From assembly GCA_041750655.1 (NCBI GenBank), contig JBGSYZ010000013.1, forward strand, positions 4,769 to 68,768: a stretch of 64,000 nt of DNA. Reading direction: 5' to 3'. Below, piece after piece: positions 19,493-28,690 of the stretch. The stretch comes from Minisyncoccia bacterium. Its GTDB lineage: Bacteria; Patescibacteriota; Minisyncoccia; Phycocordibacterales; UBA918. Position 1 is the stretch's first letter, and each line of letters opens with the position of its first letter. The position numbers and the translations under genes were made by a program. The notes under the pieces were generated by a model. That model saw only the letters and a list, made by a program, of their open reading frames with translations. It ran no database searches and was not told where the DNA came from.

Positions 19493-20914
19493 CTAATACT
19501 GCTCTACAAACTTTACCAACATCCGCACTGGTTCGCCGGTCGCGCCTTTGGCTAGTTTGTCACTCGGTACACTCGTCATGCGTGGCGCCATATCAATATG
19601 AGCCCATGGGGCATTCTTAGGGGCAAAGAATGAGAGAAAAATCCCTCCTTCAATCGCTCCACCGTACTTTGAGAAACTAGGTGAGATATTGGAAATATCG
19701 GCCCGAGCACTTTTTACATACGGTTTGTACTCATCCCACAGCGGCAGCGGCCACATATAATCACCACTCTCCTCCCCTATTTCTATAAGTTTGGTTTGTA
19801 GTTTTTCGTCTTTGGTCATAATGGCACTGGTATGTTGGCCGAGGGCTACTAAGCTGGCTCCGGTTAGTGTCGCTATATCGAGAACAACTTTCGGATTAAA
19901 TCTTTCAGAGTATGTCAGGGCATCAGCTAAGACCATTCGACCTTCGGCATCGGTGTGAGTGACTTCGATAGTTTGACCGCTCATCGAAGTCACTATGTCC
20001 CCGGCTCGCATGGCTTTATCCGAAACAGCGTTTTCAGCCGTGGGTATAATGGCGATGACATTTTTCTTGAGTTTCATTTTGGCTATGGCAGAAATAGCAC
20101 CAATCACCATAGCTCCCCCTGACATATCTAGGTGCATCTCGTGCATGGCTCCCGATGGTTTTACATTGAGTCCACCGGTGTCGTACGTAATACCTTTGCC
20201 AAGTAAGACGATAGGTTTAAGGGATGAATCCTTTTTTGAAGAAGCGCCCGGCTTCTTCAAACCATAGTACTCAATCACAATCAGTTTTGGGTCATTTTCT
20301 GCTCCTTGGCCAACCGCTAACAAAGCGCCCATTTTAAGCTTCTTAAGCTCGGTATGAGAAAGTACCTTAATGGTTGCTTTAGTACCGGCTATGGCCTTTT
20401 TGGCGGCTTTGGCGAGCAAGTCTGGGGTCATATCAAGCGCTGGAGTGTTGGCAATATCTCGAGCATTATTGGTAGCCTCCGCCACGATCTCTCCTCTTTT
20501 AAAACCACTTTCCGCTTTCTTACTGATTCCACCACAAAGCAAAATTTCTTTCAATCCTTTCTTACTCTGTTTGCTTTTATAGGCGGTGAATTCATAAGCT
20601 GCTAAATGAAGGTTTTCCGCGACAGTTGAATACACCCATTCTTCTCCCGTGTCTTTCAATTTTGGAAATTCAGGTAAAGTCATGGCCACGTTTTCAAGTT
20701 GATGACTTTTAGCCGCTTGGACAATAGAGCGTACGAAAAGACGAAACTTTCGCGCTGTCATGTCTCTATACTTCCCTGCTCCCATGCGATATTTAAGTTG
20801 ACCATCGGGGGTTTCTACCAGTCGATGCCAGTTTGGTGCGTCTTCAGTAATTACCAACCGACAATATTTTTTCGGAGCATTTTCAATAAGATTCTTTGTG
20901 ACAGTTATTTTCAT
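19493..20914 (-). CDS. pepA: M17 leucyl aminopeptidase
   Basis: GKGITYDTGG, DMSG, TDAEGR, ATLTGA, WAHID. Confidence 0.95.
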   Translation of the reverse strand: MKITVTKNLIENAPKKYCRLVITEDAPNWHRLVETPDGQLKYRMGAGKYRDMTARKFRLFVRSIVQAAKSHQLENVAMTLPEFPKLKDTGEEWVYSTVAENLHLAAYEFTAYKSKQSKKGLKEILLCGGISKKAESGFKRGEIVAEATNNARDIANTPALDMTPDLLAKAAKKAIAGTKATIKVLSHTELKKLKMGALLAVGQGAENDPKLIVIEYYGLKKPGASSKKDSSLKPIVLLGKGITYDTGGLNVKPSGAMHEMHLDMSGGAMVIGAISAIAKMKLKKNVIAIIPTAENAVSDKAMRAGDIVTSMSGQTIEVTHTDAEGRMVLADALTYSERFNPKVVLDIATLTGASLVALGQHTSAIMTKDEKLQTKLIEIGEESGDYMWPLPLWDEYKPYVKSARADISNISPSFSKYGGAIEGGIFLSFFAPKNAPWAHIDMAPRMTSVPSDKLAKGATGEPVRMLVKFVEQY

Positions 20915-20933
20915 GCAGGAATTTTACCATAAG

Positions 20934-20961
20934 TTGACATATTAATAATATCATGTATAAT
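20934..20961 (+). promoter_or_regulatory. sigma70-type promoter of orphan cassette
   Basis: TTGACA-16-TATAAT. Confidence 0.75.
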
Positions 20962-21041
20962 ATAAAAACTGTCGCCCGCTTGGGTATAACAGTTCTTTCT
21001 TGGGCGGGCTGCAGCAATGCAACTCAACCAAGGAGGCCGAC

Positions 21042-21317
21042 ATGGCTCTTTCACCTGAAGACATTACCCCAACTTATGGAGAGCTACAAGTTGTTGACTG
21101 GGTTGAAAAACACCCTATTGATGGCGAGTTAGCGAATCATTCGGGGTTCGAGAAGTACATCAGAATTGAGGTGCCAATTGCTGAAAATACACCAGCTAGT
21201 CTGCGTCGTATTAAAGCCGAACTAACACGTCGCTACAAGGCGGCCGGTTGGTGGAAAGTCCGGTGGATTGCTGGGCAGGGACCGCGTTCGGTTGGTTTCA
21301 TTCTCGAACAGGAATAG
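21042..21317 (+). CDS. 91-aa orphan protein
   Basis: AAGGAGG-led ATG at 21042, own promoter and terminator (21380-21407). Confidence 0.7.
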   Translation: MALSPEDITPTYGELQVVDWVEKHPIDGELANHSGFEKYIRIEVPIAENTPASLRRIKAELTRRYKAAGWWKVRWIAGQGPRSVGFILEQE

Positions 21318-21409
21318 CGGCGCAACGCGCCGAACGCCACGACGGTCTCCGTAGGAGGCGACATGAAACGACGATAAGCGAACCGGCCCCATGGGCCGGT
21401 TCTTTTTCT

Positions 21410-22807
21410 TTATTCCTCTTTCTTTTTATTCACACTCAAACCTAGTTCTAGCAATTGCTCTAAAGTTAGTGGTTTCGGGGCATTCATGACCGCGGTCTGG
21501 CCCTTACGGGTCATTGGGAAAGCTTGGACTTCTCGCAAATAGTCTTCACCAGTCAGGTTCATGACGTTGCGCTCAACTCCGAGCGCGATACCGCCGTGTG
21601 GTGGTGTACCGTAGGTAAAAGCTTCAAGGATGTGACCCACTTTTTCTTGGGTCTCTTCTGGAGTGTTCCCCATTACTTTGTACACCGCTTCAATAATTTC
21701 TGGTTTGTGAGAACGAATAGAACCGCCACCAGCTTCAAAGCCATTGCAGACTAAGTCGTACTGCGTAGTCAGAATATTTTCAATATTTTCACCTTTCATC
21801 AGGTCTTCAATAAATTCCGCTTTTGGCATGGAGAAGGGATTGTGAGTAAAGGTCCAGTCTCCCTTGTCGGTCTTCTCAAAGAATGGAAAATCGACTACCC
21901 AAGCGTACGCCAAGACACCATTTTCTTTATCTTCCTCAGTACGCATGTCGAATTTGTCGGCGCCGTACTTTTTCATGCTTTCAGCGTAGGTGACCACTGG
22001 AAATGGTTTTTGCTTGACGGTATAGCCCATACTCTCAACTGTGGTAGTTACCATGTCTTCGATAATACTCATGACATCGTTGCGCTCAACAAAGCTCATC
22101 TCAACATCAATCTGTGTGTGTTCGTAGCCACGGTCAGCGCGTAAATCTTCGTCACGAATAGCCCTGGCAATCTGCACGTAGCGGTCGAAACCAGCGTTCA
22201 TCAGTAGCTGTTTGTATTGCTGTGGGGACTGTGGCAAAGCGTAGAACTTACCCGGTTGGTGACGGCTTGGTACCACGAAGTCACGAGAACCTTCTGGTGT
22301 GGATTCGGTCAGCAGTGGAGTTTCGATTTCGCAGAATTCTCGTTCCATTAGGAAGTTGCGGCAACGGCGAACGAATTCACTGCGAATCCGGATGTTCTTT
22401 TGCATTCGTTCGGTTCGCAAATCTAAGTCACGGTGTTTGAGGCGTACCTCCTCGTCTTTACCAAACGTATCTTCAGTAATTTCAAACGGTGGTGTTTTGG
22501 CTTCGTTGAGTATTTCGATAGCAGTAATTTCTAGCTCGATGTCTCCATTGAGGACATCAGCTTTAACCATTTTTTCGGGACGTTCATTGACGATACCAGT
22601 AATAGCGACGACATACTCTGGCCGGAGTGTCTTGGCTACTTCGAGGACTTCTGGTTTACCAAAGACCACTCCCTGGACCTTGCCGGTGAAGTCACGGAAA
22701 TCAAAAAAGGCCATTTTTCCTTGGTCGCGAGCGACGTCCACCCAGCCTTTAATAACCACCTCCTTGGTTTTGTGTTCCCCTAAGTTTTTAATTAATGTTC
22801 GTTCCAT
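21410..22807 (-). CDS. aspS: aspartate--tRNA ligase, short form apparently lacking the GAD insertion
   Basis: OB-fold N-terminus, STPEGSRD, ALPQSPQ, RDEDLRADR, PPHGGIALG. Confidence 0.93.
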   Translation of the reverse strand: MERTLIKNLGEHKTKEVVIKGWVDVARDQGKMAFFDFRDFTGKVQGVVFGKPEVLEVAKTLRPEYVVAITGIVNERPEKMVKADVLNGDIELEITAIEILNEAKTPPFEITEDTFGKDEEVRLKHRDLDLRTERMQKNIRIRSEFVRRCRNFLMEREFCEIETPLLTESTPEGSRDFVVPSRHQPGKFYALPQSPQQYKQLLMNAGFDRYVQIARAIRDEDLRADRGYEHTQIDVEMSFVERNDVMSIIEDMVTTTVESMGYTVKQKPFPVVTYAESMKKYGADKFDMRTEEDKENGVLAYAWVVDFPFFEKTDKGDWTFTHNPFSMPKAEFIEDLMKGENIENILTTQYDLVCNGFEAGGGSIRSHKPEIIEAVYKVMGNTPEETQEKVGHILEAFTYGTPPHGGIALGVERNVMNLTGEDYLREVQAFPMTRKGQTAVMNAPKPLTLEQLLELGLSVNKKKEE

Positions 22808-22822
22808 ATTCTCTTTTGTGTA

Positions 22823-22990
22823 GAAACAAAAATCGTCCCTACAAATATATTAGTGCTAATACATTTGTAGGGACGATTTCAAACTGATGTTTGATGATTC
22901 GCGGTGCCACCCTACTTTGGCCTAACGGCCCTCGATTGATATTAAACTGGTTAATCCCTCCACAGTGTCAGCTGCTTCATTGGAATATTT
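22823..22990 (-). promoter_or_regulatory. T-box riboswitch (Asp specifier GAC), transcription attenuation type
   Basis: AGGGTGGCACCGCG at 22913-22900, GCCGTTA, K-turn-like UGA/GGA, GAC loop at 22969-22967, long terminator plus U-tract before aspS. Confidence 0.88.
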
Positions 22991-23000
22991 CTATAATACT

Positions 23001-23360
23001 CTAACTCTCGTCAATTTCAACCTTAATAACTTGTCCAACAGTTGGATGTTCGTACGAGGTTACAAAGTATTCATTTGAATCAAGTTCTTTCATTAACCTT
23101 TCTTCAAATTTATAAAATTCGTAGTCGGGCAGATTTTCGTCTTTTTTTAGTGGGTGAAAACGGTATTCAATCCAGTCCTCTCCAACGTGAGTGTCAGAAC
23201 CAGTTATTTCTTTATAACTAAAATCTTCACTCTCATCCTCACAAACTTTTTTTAATGCGTCAAAAAAATTGTTGCGTCGATTCTGTAGCCTTTCGACACG
23301 TTCAATTTCAGCCTCATCAAGTGGCATTTTGTCTGGTACTGATTCACCTTCTCCAAACAT
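23001..23360 (-). CDS. acidic hypothetical protein
   Basis: 119-aa ORF tightly packed after trpS. Confidence 0.65.
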   Translation of the reverse strand: MFGEGESVPDKMPLDEAEIERVERLQNRRNNFFDALKKVCEDESEDFSYKEITGSDTHVGEDWIEYRFHPLKKDENLPDYEFYKFEERLMKELDSNEYFVTSYEHPTVGQVIKVEIDES

Positions 23361-23366
23361 ATTAAT

Positions 23367-23648
23367 TTAAATATTAATCTCAATATTAACGGCACTGTTT
23401 GGCCACACTACAACTTTAAGATTTTCCTCATTTAAAAGTTCATTATCACGAATCAAACCATTAACTATTTCACGGTGCTGCTGTTCACTAATAGGTATTT
23501 CATTTTCATCTAAAATTTGAAAACGAGCGTGATTATGGTCCATCTCATCAAGGTGGTGGATAGTGCAACCTATTTTTCTGGCAATGTCCTCAAATAACAC
23601 CATGCGTTGTCGTATCGGTGATTCTGGTACTGCTTCGAGTTTTTGCAT
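23367..23648 (-). CDS. hypothetical protein
   Basis: 93-aa ORF starting 5 nt after the trpS stop. Confidence 0.65.
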   Translation of the reverse strand: MQKLEAVPESPIRQRMVLFEDIARKIGCTIHHLDEMDHNHARFQILDENEIPISEQQHREIVNGLIRDNELLNEENLKVVVWPNSAVNIEINI

Positions 23649-23653
23649 AATAT

Positions 23654-24601
23654 TTAGATGGTAATGCCGATTGCGTCACGCACTCTTTTAAGAGTCTGGC
23701 TGGAAATTTCTTTAGCTTTTTGTACACCTTCTGCTAGAACGATTTTTACATCTTCGTCAGTGATGGAGTTTCGTTTTTCCCTCATGGGACCAAAATAGGT
23801 TTCCAAGTCTGCCGCCAACATTTTCTTTAAGTCACCATAGCGGCCTTTGTTTTCCTTATAGACAGGATCCAGTTCCTCAGCTGTCTTGAGGAGTCGGTGT
23901 ATAGCGTAAACATTCTCGGGACGTTCACCCGTCGAATCAGTCACAATACTCATGACCGCTTTTTCAGTTTCTTCGGCGTTTCCAAACAGAGGAATGGTGT
24001 TGCTGTAGCTTTTACTCATTTTGGCTCCGTCGGTACCAGGAATAACTCCAACTGAATCATAGATTTTCTCTTGTGGTTCTTTAAGAAGATTTTCTCCATA
24101 GGCACGGTTGAGCTTTCCTACTGCTTCGCGGGTGTACTCCAGGTGCTGACGTTGATCTTCGCCTACTGGCACTACATCAACATCATACAGAGTGATGTCA
24201 GCTGCTTGCAGCATCGGATACGTAAACAATCCAGCGTTGGGTTCTATTCCCTTAGCTACTTTGTCTTTGTAGGAGTGCGCTTGCATGAGGAAAGGTACGG
24301 TCACCATACAATCCAGTACCCACCCGAGCTCTGTGTGGTCTTGGTTATCGGATTGTCGAAAAATAATCGCTTTCTTAGGGTCGACTCCCACCGCTAGATA
24401 ATCTTTAACAACGTTGATTACATTTTTTCGAAGTGCCTCTGGGTCACGAACTGAAGTCAGTGCATGATAGTCAGCAATCATTAAAAAACTATCGTATTCT
24501 TCATACATGTCTAAAAAGGGTTTAAGAGCCCCAAAGTAATTCCCAATATGCAAATCTCCAGAAGATTGTAGGCCGGTTAGTAATCGTCTTTTCTCTGCCA
24601 T
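23654..24601 (-). CDS. trpS: tryptophan--tRNA ligase
   Basis: HIGN, YPMLQAAD, VPVGEDQ, KMSKS. Confidence 0.97.
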   Translation of the reverse strand: MAEKRRLLTGLQSSGDLHIGNYFGALKPFLDMYEEYDSFLMIADYHALTSVRDPEALRKNVINVVKDYLAVGVDPKKAIIFRQSDNQDHTELGWVLDCMVTVPFLMQAHSYKDKVAKGIEPNAGLFTYPMLQAADITLYDVDVVPVGEDQRQHLEYTREAVGKLNRAYGENLLKEPQEKIYDSVGVIPGTDGAKMSKSYSNTIPLFGNAEETEKAVMSIVTDSTGERPENVYAIHRLLKTAEELDPVYKENKGRYGDLKKMLAADLETYFGPMREKRNSITDEDVKIVLAEGVQKAKEISSQTLKRVRDAIGITI

Positions 24602-24622
24602 AATGAGCCTATCCTATCAGTT

Positions 24623-26281
24623 TTATTGCTGTAATGGCAACTCAAGTGTAAAGCTAGATCCTTTACCGGGGCCGTCAGATTTAGCAGTGATTGTACCCCC
24701 CATATGTTCAATCATTTGTTTAGCCACAAAAAGACCCAGACCTGTGCCTGAAATATTAGTTTTGTTAGCGTCCTTAGCCCGAGAGAATTTTGCAAAAAGA
24801 CTATCGAGCGTGTCTTCACTCATACCAATACCAGTATCACTAATGGTGACCATTATTTTTTTGGTAGTTTTATTTTCTCCGACACTCACTACAATCGAAC
24901 CGCGTTCAGTGTATTTTAGAGAATTGTTAATGAGGTTGTGTAACGCTTGTCTGGTTTTACCGATGTCAGCATTAACAATGCCTTTGCTGGTAAGGTCGCT
25001 TCGGAAAGTCAGTAGTAGGCCTTTTTGCATGGCGGTCTGTCGCAATTCATCTACCACAGTTGAGGTGGTCTCTTTGAGATTAAAATCAGACATTTCATAC
25101 TTCATGTTTCCAGACTCAATCCGAGACACGTTCAAGTAATCCTCCACTGAGTTCACCATGTACTTACTTGATTCAGAAATTCGTTCCAAGGCTTCTTTGG
25201 CTTTTGGTGGTACCGTGCCGTAAGAACCTTCCAAGAGCATAGACGCATACCCCCGAATAGAAGTCAGCGGGCTACGCAATTGATGGCTCGCAATCGATAC
25301 AAACTCAGACTTCATTTTGTCCAACACTTTGAGACGTTTGTTCGCTCGTTCAAGGTCTTTCGTAAGACGTTCAAGTTCCAATTTTTGCTCAAATTCACGT
25401 TTAACTCCTTTGATTAAAAAATATCCAACCACTGTTGTAAATATTAGGGTGATTACCACTATTAGAGTAAAGAGTTCTGAATCAACAAATAAAAGTGAAC
25501 ACACGAGCGCCCACAGAACAACTACTAATATTTGTGCTCCGGCCATCTCAATTTTAAATGCTCTAAATTGAATAATGCTGTAAGCAATAAGAAAAGCAAA
25601 AATTGGCATCCCAAATAGACCATACTGACTAATTATCCAATCATCTGTGAAGCTACTAATGATGTTTCCAGAGGTGAATGAAAGTAAGAAAGTGACTAGT
25701 CCAATTAGAAATAAGATAGCTGAGCGACGACGGTTTATTTCCAGTCTTTTTAGCTGCCTAAAAGCTGTTATGACAATTAAAATTACAAAAGTTATATTGA
25801 GTAAATAAGTGTAGTATTTTGCTAGCGGACCCTCAATACTTTCACAGGTAGAAAGAGCTATGGCTTCTAGGTTTAATGTTGTGGGTAAAAGTAATACAAG
25901 TGGAATTAATATTGTTACTACAAACAAATTTGTATAAAAGCCAGGAGTTTTTTGATAAAGGAAAATATAAAAAAGATAAAAGGCCACTGCGTACGTTAGT
26001 GGTTCAATTAAAACCTGTATTGACCAGGCGAACATTACGATTGACGGATCATTTGTTGCCCACAGAGCAACATCAAGTAAGGCCCAAACTGTAAATAAAG
26101 TAGCAAAGAAGAGAAACAGTCTGGAGATAGTATTTTTTGGATTATTTATAAAAACCAAAAGACTAACGGCAACAGCTGAAAAAATAGCAATGAAATGAGA
26201 ATAATTAATCAGAAGAGGGACGCTTGACGAGACAAACAAAAAAGTGGCAGATTCCCAAGGACATAAAAGTGCTGTTTCCAT
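24623..26281 (-). CDS. multi-TM (HisKA_7TM-like) sensor histidine kinase
   Basis: ~9 hydrophobic helices, SHQLRSPL H-box, N-box NLINNSLKY, DTGIG, GTGLGL. Confidence 0.93.
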   Translation of the reverse strand: METALLCPWESATFLFVSSSVPLLINYSHFIAIFSAVAVSLLVFINNPKNTISRLFLFFATLFTVWALLDVALWATNDPSIVMFAWSIQVLIEPLTYAVAFYLFYIFLYQKTPGFYTNLFVVTILIPLVLLLPTTLNLEAIALSTCESIEGPLAKYYTYLLNITFVILIVITAFRQLKRLEINRRRSAILFLIGLVTFLLSFTSGNIISSFTDDWIISQYGLFGMPIFAFLIAYSIIQFRAFKIEMAGAQILVVVLWALVCSLLFVDSELFTLIVVITLIFTTVVGYFLIKGVKREFEQKLELERLTKDLERANKRLKVLDKMKSEFVSIASHQLRSPLTSIRGYASMLLEGSYGTVPPKAKEALERISESSKYMVNSVEDYLNVSRIESGNMKYEMSDFNLKETTSTVVDELRQTAMQKGLLLTFRSDLTSKGIVNADIGKTRQALHNLINNSLKYTERGSIVVSVGENKTTKKIMVTISDTGIGMSEDTLDSLFAKFSRAKDANKTNISGTGLGLFVAKQMIEHMGGTITAKSDGPGKGSSFTLELPLQQ

Positions 26282-26285
26282 ATTA

Positions 26286-26438
26286 TTATTCCTCTACGAC
26301 TTCATCAAGATCATCAATTATTACAAAATCCTTTAATACTACAGTTTTGTAATGAGTGGCTGCAATGCTTAACATTGTCAAAAGTATAAAAACAATAAGT
26401 AAAATGCGTGAATATTTGTCTAGATGAAATTGTTCCAT
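26286..26438 (-). CDS. 50-aa single-TM protein directly upstream of the kinase
   Basis: MEQFHLDKYSRILLIVFILLTMLSIAATHYKTVVLKDFVIIDDLDEVVEE; stop 4 nt before the kinase ATG; not in ORF track. Confidence 0.6.
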   Translation of the reverse strand: MEQFHLDKYSRILLIVFILLTMLSIAATHYKTVVLKDFVIIDDLDEVVEE

Positions 26439-26564
26439 ATTTTATTTTAAAAAGCACACAAATCGCATGTTTTTACTTTACTTTTTATGATACAATAAAA
26501 TACGTCAGTATTTTCCCCGTATGGGGATTTCTTAATAATAATTTTCTGAGTAGAAAAGATAGGT

Positions 26565-27665
26565 ATGTCAGCGTTCGATAAATTAAGTTTAAAAAAGAAA
26601 GTGTGGTCGTGTAACGAGTGGGATCCGCTCGAGGAAGTTATTGTTGGTTCTGTTGAAGGTGCTGTAGTTCCTATTTGGAACCCAGCTTTAGAATCAACTA
26701 CTCCCAATCATGCCAAGTGGTTTTTTGAAAAATATGGTGGACAGCTATTTCCTGATGAAATGATAGAAAAAGCCAGTATTGAACTGGATAACTTAGCAAA
26801 AGTGTTAGAGGATTTAGGGATTATAGTTAAACGACCAAGTAAGGTAGATTATACAAAAACAACCATTACACCATGGTGGGAAAGCCAAGGACTTTATTCT
26901 GCTATGCCCAGGGATGTAATGATAGTTATCGGTGATACTATCATTGAGGCCCCTATGGCGTGGCGATCACGTTATTTTGAAATTTACGCTTATCGTGACT
27001 TAATAACCGATTACTTTAAGGAAGGGGCTAAATGGCATGCTGCACCTAAGGGCTCTATGGATAATGATTTTTATAATAAAGATTATAATCCTGAAAAAGC
27101 CACAGTAGATGGGAAAAGACAATTTGTAGTCTCTGAAAATGAAGTTGCTTTTGATGCTGCTGATTTTGTAAGATTCGGTAAGGATATTTTTGTACAAAAG
27201 AGTAATGTTACTAATTCCTTAGGAATAGAATGGGTCAGACGACATATTGGGTCGGAATATACAGTGCATGAAGTTGAATTTGGTGATGAACACCCGATGC
27301 ACATTGATACAACCATAGTTCCACTTAGTCCGGGTAAACTTTTAATAAATCCTTCTTGGGTTAAAAAAGAACATTTGCCACCTATATTTGACTCATGGGA
27401 AATAATTGAAGCTCCAGAGCCAGTTAAGCCATACGATTCAGCGCTATATTTTTCTAGTGATTGGCTGACTATGAATTTTTTGAGCATTGATGAAAAACGT
27501 ATTTTAGTTGAAGAGAATGAGGTTCCTCTCATTGAATTGTTAACTAAGCATGGTTTTGAGGCTATACCAATTCCATTTAGAAACTTCTACCCTTTTGGCG
27601 GTTCAATACACTGTGCAACAGCCGATATTCGTAGACGTGGCGAACTTAAGTCTTACTTTAATTAA
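26565..27665 (+). CDS. L-arginine amidinotransferase (AGAT/StrB1/CyrA family)
   Basis: NEWDPLEEVIVG, MPRD, FDAAD, MHIDT, GGSIHC: Cys-His-Asp triad of the family. Confidence 0.92.
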   Translation: MSAFDKLSLKKKVWSCNEWDPLEEVIVGSVEGAVVPIWNPALESTTPNHAKWFFEKYGGQLFPDEMIEKASIELDNLAKVLEDLGIIVKRPSKVDYTKTTITPWWESQGLYSAMPRDVMIVIGDTIIEAPMAWRSRYFEIYAYRDLITDYFKEGAKWHAAPKGSMDNDFYNKDYNPEKATVDGKRQFVVSENEVAFDAADFVRFGKDIFVQKSNVTNSLGIEWVRRHIGSEYTVHEVEFGDEHPMHIDTTIVPLSPGKLLINPSWVKKEHLPPIFDSWEIIEAPEPVKPYDSALYFSSDWLTMNFLSIDEKRILVEENEVPLIELLTKHGFEAIPIPFRNFYPFGGSIHCATADIRRRGELKSYFN

Positions 27666-27668
27666 ATT

Positions 27669-28670
27669 TTAAAAAACAATAAGAGCTGCTCCTGCTGCTA
27701 TAAGTATGATAGCAGCAGTTTTAGTAAACAATTGTTTGCCAACAAAACTTTGTGCATGGTCTTCGGAGCCTAGTTTTGCAAGAACTAATCCAATAGATAA
27801 TGTAAAGATAGGATGAAATGCATTGAATGCTGTTACCACCATGACCGACGGTCCAAGAACAATAGCCATTTGGCTAGCAGTTGTGCTGAGGGCGTATAGA
27901 CCTTCGTTTGATACTTGAATAGCAAATATTCTAGGTTTAAGAGTGTTGATAAAATCATTAAATTGTCGACGGTATGGTGGCCAAAGAGTCCATATAACTG
28001 CACTAAATAATCCCATTCCTAAACCATTTCCAAACAAAGAAGCAACTACGTTGCCACTTAGGGAAGCATCTTTAAAAAGGAAAAAACCAATACTTATAAT
28101 CGCTGATGCCATTAACATTAAACTCAATGTTTTTAAGTCCGTTCTCTTTTTTTCTGGAGAATAATTTAAAGCGAAAGCACCTAAAATTATTAGCAGAGTT
28201 GCAAGTATATGTACTGCAGTAGGTATTTCATTAAAAAATGCTAATCCGAAAATTAAAGAAAAAATTGGTATAGTTTGAAACAGTGGTGTTGTATTTATGG
28301 CGCCTCCCCTTTCAAGAGCAGTAAAATATGGAATCATCCATGTTACTTCGAGTATACCCGCTGCCATCGCCAAAAAAATACTATTTAATGGGACATTAAG
28401 TGAATATTCAGTGCCAAGAAATAGCGAAGCTATAAGGGCGCATATACAAGTGACAAAACCAAAAAAACCGGATATGAGCAACAATCTTCCTGGTGCGTCT
28501 ATCTCAACTGTTGTGGCAGTGTCTTTTTTTGCTAATCTTTTTAAAAGTAATTCATCTATGTAGCCCACACAAGCATCACCAAAGGTTGCAAGTAAAATTA
28601 ATATAACCCAAGGTGCAGCTAAAAAAAACGAAAAAACAGGTAAATTCTCCAAAGATAAAATTGATTCCAT
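27669..28670 (-). CDS. EamA/DMT family transporter
   Basis: ~10 TM helices, PLFQTIPIFSLIFGLAFFNE and two-repeat DMT architecture. Confidence 0.8.
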   Translation of the reverse strand: MESILSLENLPVFSFFLAAPWVILILLATFGDACVGYIDELLLKRLAKKDTATTVEIDAPGRLLLISGFFGFVTCICALIASLFLGTEYSLNVPLNSIFLAMAAGILEVTWMIPYFTALERGGAINTTPLFQTIPIFSLIFGLAFFNEIPTAVHILATLLIILGAFALNYSPEKKRTDLKTLSLMLMASAIISIGFFLFKDASLSGNVVASLFGNGLGMGLFSAVIWTLWPPYRRQFNDFINTLKPRIFAIQVSNEGLYALSTTASQMAIVLGPSVMVVTAFNAFHPIFTLSIGLVLAKLGSEDHAQSFVGKQLFTKTAAIILIAAGAALIVF

Positions 28671-28690
28671 AGCTGTTTAAACAGTAGTAA

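Noticed and set aside
22845-22865. CIRCE element (TTAGCACT-like)
   Set aside because: Lies inside the T-box terminator, lacks the N9-spaced second half; no CIRCE or hrcA seen at grpE-dnaK-dnaJ
26440-26564. Guanidine riboswitch upstream of the amidinotransferase
   Set aside because: Only one CCCC/GGGG hairpin; no paired ACGR loops or ykkC signatures
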